From: Nanobdellota archaeon
GTDB taxonomy: Archaea; Nanobdellota; Nanobdellia; Pacearchaeales; GW2011-AR1
DNA length: 43,950 nt
Assembly: GCA_018830245.1 (NCBI GenBank)
Contig: JAHJSW010000033.1
Location: forward strand, 1-43,950
Reading direction: 5' to 3'
Part shown: positions 8,225-15,995 of the stretch, piece after piece
Numbering within the stretch: position 1 is the first letter of the stretch
How the letters are laid out: the number at the start of each line of letters is the position of its first letter
The notes under the pieces: generated by a model
What the model saw: the letters and a program-made list of their open reading frames with translations, nothing else
What the model was told of the DNA's origin: nothing
Databases searched by the model: none
Position numbers and translations under genes: made by a program

Positions 8225-8496
8225 TGGAAATTTTACATTTCCTTTCAATTTTATTTGGAAGCCCCTAAAATCGCGAAACATTTAAATAGCTCGCATACTT
8301 CCAACTATTGTTATAGAAACAAAAAGAGGCATCACCCCTTTTATACAAATCATTAATTCAGAGCACCACCAATGAATTAATTAATATTATGAAAATAATA
8401 ATTTCTTTTTCTTTAAATAAATTTCTATGGTTAAATAATAGGTTAGTTCATACTAAAATTTAGATAAAACTCGTAAAAGAGCTAAGAAAAAAAGAA

Positions 8497-9066
8497 TTAA
8501 TTAAATAATTTCTCTAGCTTTTCAACTTTATTCCAACTTTTTTTCAATTTAGAATTGCTTTCCCTAACAATTATTTTTAAAAAAGAATCATCAACCAAAA
8601 TTTTTCCTTTTTCAATAATTGGGAATTCCAACCTCTCTGTGCTATTTAATTCAACAATAAATCTTTTTTCAGAGGAAATTATTCCTGATTTTTTCCATCC
8701 TGCTAATTTTGCAAGAGCATATAATTTTTGAGCAGATTCTAGGTTTTTGCAAGCAACATGGAGTATACAAGGTTCTTGCTTAAATTTGAGAAATCTTTTA
8801 TTTTTCTTTGAAATTTGAATCAAGTCTTCCTTTAATTGGTTATAAGAGATTAAATCATGATAAATCTTTAAAAACAATCCCTCTTCTTTTTTATCCTGAT
8901 TTATCATTAAAACAACTCTCCCAGAACAAGAAGAAGTTGTATAATAATCTTCAGAAGAATTTATTTTTTTACACAACAGAGTAATCTTTTTGTCCCATGA
9001 TTTTTTAGATGATTTATCTAATTTAGATAGAATAGACTGTTTTCTTTGGGAAAAATCATTTTTCAT
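8497..9066 (-). CDS. taw3: tRNA wybutosine/wyosine-synthesizing protein 3 (Taw3/TYW3-family methyltransferase)
   Basis: DKSSKKSWDKKI...EDYYTTSSCSGRVVLM matches the TYW3 signature (TSSCSGR). Confidence 0.7.
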   Translation of the reverse strand: MKNDFSQRKQSILSKLDKSSKKSWDKKITLLCKKINSSEDYYTTSSCSGRVVLMINQDKKEEGLFLKIYHDLISYNQLKEDLIQISKKNKRFLKFKQEPCILHVACKNLESAQKLYALAKLAGWKKSGIISSEKRFIVELNSTERLEFPIIEKGKILVDDSFLKIIVRESNSKLKKSWNKVEKLEKLFN

Positions 9067-9559
9067 TTTCTATTTGCAAATCTTTATAAGAAACATATCT
9101 TAAATCTAAACTTTTCTCTAGTTCTTTTGGCAAACTTTCACTTATAAGTTCTTTTATAATATAAACAGGCTTTGGATTAAACCATTTACTATAAGCAATT
9201 TCAGCCAATACTCCCACAGCATAACCTACACACAATAAAACATCTGTTTCTTCATTTAATTTTTCAGGTTGATTTCTCCAGGTTCCACAGTTTATAATCT
9301 CTCCAAGTTCAGTATTCACCCATTCATTATATCCAAACTCAGTATCTTCTTCAGGAATAATCTCAAGGATTTTTTTCCCTTTATTTTTTAAATAAATTTG
9401 AGCAAGGTATTCAGAAACACTTCCTTTATCAGGAGTAATAACAATTTTATTTTTTTCTCTTGCAAGTTTCTTTGCTAAGAAAGACAAAACTTCTTTAGCA
9501 GAGGGATTAACTTCTTCAAGAAATTTCAATTTACTCGGGCCAATTATTCCTATTTTCAT
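9056..9559 (-). CDS. LOG/SLOG-like (TIGR00725-type) Rossmann-fold protein, function unknown
   Basis: Trimmed from the TTG at 9583 to ATG (MKIGIIGPS...). The layout of N-terminal beta-strand/Gly, internal IIPEED and VLLCVGYAVGVLAEIA resembles LOG-like proteins. Its ATG overlaps the upstream stop (TAATG). Confidence 0.45.
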   Translation of the reverse strand: MKIGIIGPSKLKFLEEVNPSAKEVLSFLAKKLAREKNKIVITPDKGSVSEYLAQIYLKNKGKKILEIIPEEDTEFGYNEWVNTELGEIINCGTWRNQPEKLNEETDVLLCVGYAVGVLAEIAYSKWFNPKPVYIIKELISESLPKELEKSLDLRYVSYKDLQIENEK

Positions 9560-10218
9560 TAATCCTTCTCCAATATCTCGCAATTAATTCCTATCTCTCC
9601 GCATAACTCCTTAAATTCCCTAGCATCTTCTTCACTTCCAACAATACTCCCATAGTGCATAGGAATCACTAAAAAAGGCTTAATCATCTCTGCAGCCTCT
9701 GCAGCTTCTTCAAAATTCATTGTAAATCTCCCTCCAATCGGAAGAAGGGCTATTAATTTCCTTTGATTATACCCAGTAAGTTTTTGCATTTCTAAAATAT
9801 TATCTGTATCTCCTGCATGATAAACAAGAAGATCATTCATTTTTATTAAATATCCAACCCATGCTTCCTCTTTTGGATGAAAATGTTTGTCAATATTATA
9901 TGCTGGCAATGCTAAAATTTTTATCCTTCCAAAAACCAATTCTTGGCCAGGTTCAATAACTTCCAAACGAACAGGGGTATTAAATTTATTTATCTTGCTC
10001 TGACAATCTGCCGTAACAATAATTTTTGTCCCTTTTTGAATTATTTTTTCCATATCTGCCACACTACAATGATCATAATGACTATGAGTTATTAAAATCA
10101 AATCAGCTTTTTCAGAATCTTCCTTGATATTGTAAGGATCAACATAAATAACCTTAGAATTTTTGATTAAAAATCCTGCATGCCCCAACCATTTAATTTC
10201 CACACCATCAATGTTCAT
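9559..10218 (-). CDS. metallo-beta-lactamase-fold hydrolase (UPF0173-like)
   Basis: WLGHAGFLI, HxHxDH motif ILITHSHYDHCS, downstream H/D ligands (YHAGDT, IPMHYG). Confidence 0.8.
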   Translation of the reverse strand: MNIDGVEIKWLGHAGFLIKNSKVIYVDPYNIKEDSEKADLILITHSHYDHCSVADMEKIIQKGTKIIVTADCQSKINKFNTPVRLEVIEPGQELVFGRIKILALPAYNIDKHFHPKEEAWVGYLIKMNDLLVYHAGDTDNILEMQKLTGYNQRKLIALLPIGGRFTMNFEEAAEAAEMIKPFLVIPMHYGSIVGSEEDAREFKELCGEIGINCEILEKD

Positions 10219-10257
10219 AGAAAAAAGAACCTGAAGATGCTTTTAAAGATTTTGTAA

Positions 10258-11289
10258 TCAACTAAGGATATTCTTTTTAAATTTTTCTAAATCTTTTTTC
10301 ATAATCCTTGCTCCTGCAGCTTTTTTATGCCCTCCCCCAGAAGCATTTTTCAATCCATCTATTCCTTTTTTCACTAATTGATTCATATCTGCAATATCTC
10401 CTTGATTTCTCGCATTTATTTTAACAAAATCATCTTCTACATCTGAAACACCAATAAAAGTACTTCCAGAATCATTATCAGAAACAACTGTAGTTACAGA
10501 ACTTCCAATATCAAATCTAGGATTAAAATAATAAAAATATAAATTTTTTTCAGGATAAAACTCTGCATTTTCCTTAAATTTCTTTACATATTTTTGAAAA
10601 TCTTTTTCAACAATATCATATGCTTTTTCTAATCGATCCACGTCCTTTTTTTTAACTAAATCATAAATTTTTAAAACATCGTCATAATAAGTTAATGCAG
10701 AAGAAATTATTTTAGAAATTTTTTTTGGAACAGATTCAGAAAGATTTTTCAAATTTAGTTCAGGGTAAATCTCTTGAATAAATCTTAAATTTTCAGGATT
10801 TTTATAAGACATATCAGAAATCATTGCTGCACAAACTAACCACCCTAGTTTTTCTCTATCAAATAATCTATCTCCCAAATTATAAATAACAAAAGCAACG
10901 CATTCACTCGTGTTTGTTTTGATAATATTTCCTTTATTCTGTAATTCTTTATTTATTTCATGATGGTCAATTAGAAAAACATCTATTTCCTCTCTTAAAG
11001 CTTCAAATAAATCTAAATCAATTAAATCGCCTGCTAAATCCAAGATAAATAATTTAGAAATCTTCCTGTTTTTGATCTCCCTTACTTTTTTTTGAAACTC
11101 TCCAAAACCATGGATCATAAAGTTAACACTCTCCACATTAATTTCTTTTTCTCTTAAAATTTCTTCTATAAATATTGCAGAAGCAATTCCATCTAAATCA
11201 CTATGCGTTAGAATTCCAATTTGATCTTTTTTTTCAATTGAATCTAAAAAAGTATAAAATTCCTTTTTGCTTCCAATAATATACTCCAT
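10258..11289 (-). CDS. DHH/DHHA1-family phosphoesterase (NrnA/RecJ-like), copy 1
   Basis: Motif I ILTHSDLDGIASAIF, motif III FLIDHH, DHHA1 motif GGGHKKAAGARI. Confidence 0.8.
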   Translation of the reverse strand: MEYIIGSKKEFYTFLDSIEKKDQIGILTHSDLDGIASAIFIEEILREKEINVESVNFMIHGFGEFQKKVREIKNRKISKLFILDLAGDLIDLDLFEALREEIDVFLIDHHEINKELQNKGNIIKTNTSECVAFVIYNLGDRLFDREKLGWLVCAAMISDMSYKNPENLRFIQEIYPELNLKNLSESVPKKISKIISSALTYYDDVLKIYDLVKKKDVDRLEKAYDIVEKDFQKYVKKFKENAEFYPEKNLYFYYFNPRFDIGSSVTTVVSDNDSGSTFIGVSDVEDDFVKINARNQGDIADMNQLVKKGIDGLKNASGGGHKKAAGARIMKKDLEKFKKNILS

Positions 11290-11360
11290 CTAAAATTAAA
11301 ATTAAAACACCCTTTAAATATTTTGATTAGTTTTTTATACTATAAAATTATCAATATAAT

Positions 11361-12236
11361 ATGGAAAAAATCCATAAAAATATTTTATATATAATTATAA
11401 TAAGTATTATTACCCTTCTTACAATATTCGTTTTAGCATCAATTCCAGGTTATTTAAGACCTCTTGAATCAGAGGACATTGCATTTACACAACCAAAATT
11501 TATAATTGTCTTTATTATTGTTGATATTATTCTCATAGGAATTCCTGCAGGACTGCATTATATCTATATTAAAGATTATACAAAAATAAAAAGCGTCTGG
11601 TTTTTTGCAATATTTGGAGGAGTAACAGGAGCATTTCTAGGAGAAATTGCTACACATAACGCAAATCCTCTAATAATTATCCCTTACATAATTTTAATGT
11701 TGATATATGCTTTTTTTTACAAAAAATTTACGTGGTGGAAAGTTATACTAACAACTTATCTTGGAGGAGTAATAATTGAAAATGCAATAAATCGTTCTCC
11801 AATACAAATTCCTTCACTGATATGGATTGCTTTTTTTACATATCCTTATTTTATAACAAAGATATGGGAAAATAGAAAAAATATTTCTTTAATTAGTATA
11901 ATAAAAGATTTTAAATGGGCAATATTTTTCTCAATCATATTGGGAATTTCAGCAGGATATTTTTTTAGAGAAGGTCCTCTCTTTTTCTTCGCACTAACAA
12001 TTCCTTTTATAATGAGTATAAGTTACAAATTATTATTTAACAAAAAAAAGAAACAAAAAATTTCAATGATTTCCACAATAAAAAGTTTAAAATATGTAAT
12101 AATTTCTTCAGTAATATTAATTTGTTTAACAGTTTATATAACAAAAAACAATGCCTCTCCTCCTTTGATAATTTTTGGCACTATCCTGCCTTTTATAGTA
12201 TATTTAATTTATAAATTAATCAAGAAATCTCCTTAA
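11361..12236 (+). CDS. polytopic integral membrane protein, unknown function
   Basis: 291 aa with about 8 hydrophobic segments. No family recognised. Confidence 0.6.
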   Translation: MEKIHKNILYIIIISIITLLTIFVLASIPGYLRPLESEDIAFTQPKFIIVFIIVDIILIGIPAGLHYIYIKDYTKIKSVWFFAIFGGVTGAFLGEIATHNANPLIIIPYIILMLIYAFFYKKFTWWKVILTTYLGGVIIENAINRSPIQIPSLIWIAFFTYPYFITKIWENRKNISLISIIKDFKWAIFFSIILGISAGYFFREGPLFFFALTIPFIMSISYKLLFNKKKKQKISMISTIKSLKYVIISSVILICLTVYITKNNASPPLIIFGTILPFIVYLIYKLIKKSP

Positions 12237-12726
12237 AATCATTTTTCTTCCACTCAACTTTCTCGCCAGTATTTAATTTTTTGTCTAATATTTCTAATTC
12301 TTCATAAATTCCTTCAATTAAATCATATTCTTTTGCTTCTTTTAAATTAACCCATTTAAAATCAGTAAGAGCATTGCAAAGAGAGATATTTTCCCCTACT
12401 GGTTCTGCCCATAAACTTACAATAAGTGTAGGAATTTTATCACTTCTAATATAAATCAAACTAGTCACATACCCAATATTCTTAATTTCTAAGCCAACCT
12501 CTTCTAGGACCTCTCTTTTAACAAGATCTTCAAAAATATTATACCAATGAAATGGCGTATCTTTTTCTCTTAGTACATAATCTAAAACTTCTAATTTCCC
12601 TCCTGGAACAGTCCATTTCCCTGGAAAAGCTTTTTCCCAATCCGCTCTTTTAGTTATCAAAAATTTGCCATCTTTTACTAAAATACATGTAGCAACAACA
12701 TAATGAGCCATATTTTTATCATACAT
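12220..12726 (-). CDS. NUDIX hydrolase
   Basis: Intact Nudix box with insertion: PGGKLE-(24 aa)-REVLEEVGLE. Trimmed from the TTG at 12738 to the ATG at 12726. Confidence 0.8.
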   Translation of the reverse strand: MYDKNMAHYVVATCILVKDGKFLITKRADWEKAFPGKWTVPGGKLEVLDYVLREKDTPFHWYNIFEDLVKREVLEEVGLEIKNIGYVTSLIYIRSDKIPTLIVSLWAEPVGENISLCNALTDFKWVNLKEAKEYDLIEGIYEELEILDKKLNTGEKVEWKKNDFKEIS

Positions 12727-12744
12727 AATTAAACTCAACCATAA

Positions 12745-12757
12745 TTATATTTAAATA
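12745..12757. promoter_or_regulatory. single central TATA (TTATATTTAAATA) in the 52-bp divergent spacer
   Basis: Centre at about 12751 lies 25 nt from the ATG at 12726 (minus) and 28 nt from the ATG at 12779 (plus). Flanked by the 7-bp inverted repeat AACTCAA (12732-12738) / TTGAGTT (12772-12778). Confidence 0.45.
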
Positions 12758-12778
12758 GTTCCTCAAAAAGTTTGAGTT

Positions 12779-13384
12779 ATGGAGAAAAAAATACTTTTTA
12801 CATTTTTATATAATCACAAACTAAAATTTAATGAAATAGAAAAATTAACTAAAATTCGGTCTAATAAACTTTGTTACCACATTCAAAAATTAATTAAAAA
12901 AGGTCTTCTAATTAAAGAAAAAGATTTTTACAAATTATCAGATGCAACAGAGTCATTAATTCCCTATTTAACTGATAAAAAAGCAATTTTGCCAGTGATT
13001 CTTATTATAATCAAAAGAAATAAAAAAGAAATTTTTTTATATTCAAGAATAAAACGCCCTTACAAAAACAAGCTTAGCCTACCAGGAGGAAGAATTTTAG
13101 TAGGAGAAACAATTCCAAATGCAACAGAAAGAATAATGAAGAAAAAATTCTATATAGAATGTAATTTTAAAAAAATAAATTCTGTTTCACTAGAACAAAT
13201 AAAAAAGAAGAATAAAACAATTCATTCATTTCTTCTAATATTAGTTACAGCAGAAACCAAAAAAGAACTTGCCTACACAAACATAGAAAAAAACAAAAAA
13301 AAGGTTATATTAAGTGATTACAATTTAATCAAAAAAGACTTAAATAAAAAAGTTAGTATTAAGGGTATTTTTTCAAGAATTTAA
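12779..13384 (+). CDS. winged-HTH protein fused to a degenerate (catalytically dead) Nudix domain; putative ligand-sensing regulator
   Basis: N-terminal ArsR/MarR-like segment (KFNEIEKLTKIRSNKLCYHIQKLIKKGLLIKE). The Nudix box is GGRILVGETIPNATERIMKKKFYIE, where the REUxEE glutamates are replaced by I/K/K. Confidence 0.6.
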   Translation: MEKKILFTFLYNHKLKFNEIEKLTKIRSNKLCYHIQKLIKKGLLIKEKDFYKLSDATESLIPYLTDKKAILPVILIIIKRNKKEIFLYSRIKRPYKNKLSLPGGRILVGETIPNATERIMKKKFYIECNFKKINSVSLEQIKKKNKTIHSFLLILVTAETKKELAYTNIEKNKKKVILSDYNLIKKDLNKKVSIKGIFSRI

Positions 13385-14698
13385 TTTCTCAAACGCCATT
13401 GAAATTTGCAACATTCTTTGTTCCTGAAATTTATCACAAGCAATTTGTATTCCAACAGGAATTCCATCAATTTTCCCAATAGGAAGAGATAAAGCACAAT
13501 TTCCGTAAAGATTATGAGGAATTGTTAAAGCATCATAGGCATACATATCTTCAACAGAAATTTTTTCACCAATCTTGTGCGGTAGCTTAGGTGTAACCGG
13601 TGAAACAATGCAATCAACTTTTTTAAACGCTTTAGCAAGTTCATCAGAAAAAATTTTCTTTGCAATTAAAGAATTGTGATAATATCTCCCTCCATATTCT
13701 GCTTTTGTAATTTCACTTCCTCCAAGAATTCTCCGCAAAACTTCTGGCCCAGCAGCATCTTCAATTTTTTTCCCATAACGTCGACCATCAAACTTTCGCG
13801 TCCCAGAAAAAAACTCAACATATACCATTGGGTAATATGTTTCAACTGCCAAATCAATATTTCCAATTTTAATCTTCTTGATTTTCCATCCATATTTTTG
13901 AATTACTTCTTCGACTTTTTCGTCAATCAATTTTTGGATATTTTTGTCCTTAATAACAAAATCCAACACCCCAATTGTAATATCTTTTGGAGTTTTTTCA
14001 ACTTCATTTAAATTAATTTTTTTATCTTCCTGCGAGGTTGAATCTTTTTCATCTTTCCCCATAATCACACTTAAAAGTAAACTAGAATCAGAAACATTTT
14101 TTGCGAGTGGGCCAATCTGATCTAAACTCATACTCAAGTCAATTAAACCATATCTTGAAACACTTGAATAAGTTGGTTTTATTCCAACAACACCACAAAA
14201 ACTCGCAGGAAGTCTAATACTGCAACCAGTATCAGAACCTAAAGCCATATCACAAAAACCTGCAGCAACCGCCGCAGCACTTCCTGATGATGACCCCCCA
14301 GGAACATAATTTAACACAATTGGATTTTTAGTAGGGCCAAATGCAGAAGTCTCTCCAGAACTCCCAGAAGCAAATTCATCACAATTAGCAATTCCAATAA
14401 TTACTCCATCTTCTTTTTTAATTTTCTGTATAACTGTTGCATCATAAGGGGCTTTGTAATTTTCAAGAACTTTGCTTGCACAAGAAGCGTTTAATCCCTT
14501 AACATTTATATTTGCTTTAATCGCAATGATCTGTCCTGCCAATTTTCCTGCTTTACCTTTTTTAATTTTCTCGTCAATAATTCTTGCTTCTTTCAAGACA
14601 TCAGGATTTAATTGTAAAAAAGCGTTTATCTTTTTTCCATTTTGATCATTTTTCTTAATCTCTACAAGATATTTTTTTAATTTATCAACTGTTTTCAT
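13373..14698 (-). CDS. gatA: Asp/Glu-tRNA amidotransferase subunit A (GatA)
   Basis: Amidase signature GGSSSGSAAAVAAG, KANINVKG, CDEFASGSSGE. Trimmed from the GTG at 14710 to the ATG at 14698, which overlaps the gatC stop (ATGA). Confidence 0.9.
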   Translation of the reverse strand: MKTVDKLKKYLVEIKKNDQNGKKINAFLQLNPDVLKEARIIDEKIKKGKAGKLAGQIIAIKANINVKGLNASCASKVLENYKAPYDATVIQKIKKEDGVIIGIANCDEFASGSSGETSAFGPTKNPIVLNYVPGGSSSGSAAAVAAGFCDMALGSDTGCSIRLPASFCGVVGIKPTYSSVSRYGLIDLSMSLDQIGPLAKNVSDSSLLLSVIMGKDEKDSTSQEDKKINLNEVEKTPKDITIGVLDFVIKDKNIQKLIDEKVEEVIQKYGWKIKKIKIGNIDLAVETYYPMVYVEFFSGTRKFDGRRYGKKIEDAAGPEVLRRILGGSEITKAEYGGRYYHNSLIAKKIFSDELAKAFKKVDCIVSPVTPKLPHKIGEKISVEDMYAYDALTIPHNLYGNCALSLPIGKIDGIPVGIQIACDKFQEQRMLQISMAFEKLNS

Positions 14699-14961
14699 TC
14701 CTCTCTCCACCCGCCTTTTTCAGCAATTACAAAATCCTTGTTTTTATTTTGAGCATTCTCAAACATAATCTTTCTTGAAAAGTCATCATTACTCTCTTCA
14801 ATACTTTCTTCTCTTTCACCAATTCCTCGTTCTATTAATGGCGCTTTTATATTTTTATCAATTTTAGAAAGTCTTTTTGAAAAACTATCCATCATAGTTT
14901 TTGCCTTTTTCTGTATCTCCTCTTTCTCTTTTTCAGATACCTTTTTCCATAAAAAATCCAT
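14695..14961 (-). CDS. gatC: amidotransferase subunit C (GatC)
   Basis: 88 aa, directly upstream of gatA and translationally coupled to it. C-terminal RKIMFENAQNKNKDFVIAEKG resembles the GatC tail. Confidence 0.65.
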   Translation of the reverse strand: MDFLWKKVSEKEKEEIQKKAKTMMDSFSKRLSKIDKNIKAPLIERGIGEREESIEESNDDFSRKIMFENAQNKNKDFVIAEKGGWREE

Positions 14962-14991
14962 AGAATTATTTAGAATAAGAAGTTTAAAAGA

Positions 14992-15783
14992 TTATTCAAT
15001 ATCCAACAAAACATGGCTTCCCACACCCAAATTATAAACTTCTGTTTTACCAATTTTCTTTTTTCCTTCTCCTTCATGAATATGCCCACAAAAAACATAT
15101 TTTGGCTGATACTTTTTTATATAATCTAAAATAACCTTGCTTCCTGCGTGTTTTCCTCTCCATAATTTTGGAGCGAATTTCGCAGTAACTTTATCTAAAT
15201 TTCCATAAGGCGGTTGGTGGCAGACTAAAATATCAATTTTGCCAAATCTCTTTAAAATTTTCTTAGCCTTGTCTGTCTGCTTTTTTGCGTCTGATAACTT
15301 CTTTTTATAATCAGTTGGTTTAAATTCTCTCACCCAACTAGTATCAACAAAATATTCTAAAAATCCTACTCTTAAATCATTTAAAATCTTTAATCTATTC
15401 TTAACTATCTTTGCTCTAGACATAACATCTATTTGTTTTTTTGTGCAAGGAAGAGTGATCCCATATTTTTCTTTATTTTTTCTTACATCAGAAAAAGTTG
15501 GAATCCCGACATTTCCCTGAATTGTGTAAACAGGTGCAGATTTTGACAAATTTTTTAATACTTTAATTGTAGAATTATGAATTTCCATAAAAACATTCTT
15601 AATGAATTTTTTATCTTCTTCTAATTCGGATAGTTTTTTTCTTTTTCTTTCAAGATTTTCAAAAACTCTTTGTCTAGCTAAATCAGCTTTTCCAACATCA
15701 CCAGTAACCAAAATCAGATCAATATTTTTTGGAGTTCTTTTCAGCAATACTCCATGAGGGTCTCCAACTCCCAAAACTTTCAT
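14992..15783 (-). CDS. calcineurin-like metallophosphoesterase
   Basis: GVGDPHG, LVTGDVGK, QGNVG, VCHQPP, CGHIHEG motifs in canonical order. Confidence 0.8.
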   Translation of the reverse strand: MKVLGVGDPHGVLLKRTPKNIDLILVTGDVGKADLARQRVFENLERKRKKLSELEEDKKFIKNVFMEIHNSTIKVLKNLSKSAPVYTIQGNVGIPTFSDVRKNKEKYGITLPCTKKQIDVMSRAKIVKNRLKILNDLRVGFLEYFVDTSWVREFKPTDYKKKLSDAKKQTDKAKKILKRFGKIDILVCHQPPYGNLDKVTAKFAPKLWRGKHAGSKVILDYIKKYQPKYVFCGHIHEGEGKKKIGKTEVYNLGVGSHVLLDIE

Positions 15784-15824
15784 AAATAAAATAAAAAAGG
15801 ATGACTTTTAAAACTAACTAAAAT

Positions 15825-15920
15825 CTATTCATCATCGTCATCTTCATATGACTCATCTTCATCGTCGTCATAGTAAGAATCATCTTCACAATCGTCACAT
15901 TCGTAACAACTTTTGCCCAT
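15825..15920 (-). CDS. unannotated micro-ORF: 31-aa CxxCxxC, poly-Asp/Glu peptide
   Basis: AGGAGGTAAAA precedes the ATG at 15920. The product is MGKSCYECDDCEDDSYYDDDEDESYEDDDDE, ending at the TAG at 15827-15825. It is below the ORF-track size cutoff. Confidence 0.35.
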   Translation of the reverse strand: MGKSCYECDDCEDDSYYDDDEDESYEDDDDE

Positions 15921-15995
15921 TTTTACCTCCTAAATTTAGATAAACTTAACAGGATTGTCTCTTTTTAAAGATTTCTATCATTTCATAACGCCACT

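Noticed and set aside
8009-8356. 115-aa plus-strand ORF spanning the ftsZ start and upstream spacer
   Set aside because: It is antisense to the highly conserved FtsZ N-terminus, and the remainder runs through AT-rich spacer. Its composition is an antisense artefact.
12727-12738. TTG/GTG-initiated N-terminal extensions in the ORF track (12738, 9583, 14710, 21010, 33577, 35152)
   Set aside because: In each case an in-frame ATG 3-18 codons downstream gives better family-consistent N-termini and coupling geometry (ATGA or TAATG overlaps, TATA about 25 nt upstream). Alternative starts cannot be fully excluded.
13666-14011. ORFs of 75 and 111 aa within gatA
   Set aside because: They lie inside or antisense to gatA, which has the amidase signature. 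They are artefacts of AT-rich sequence.
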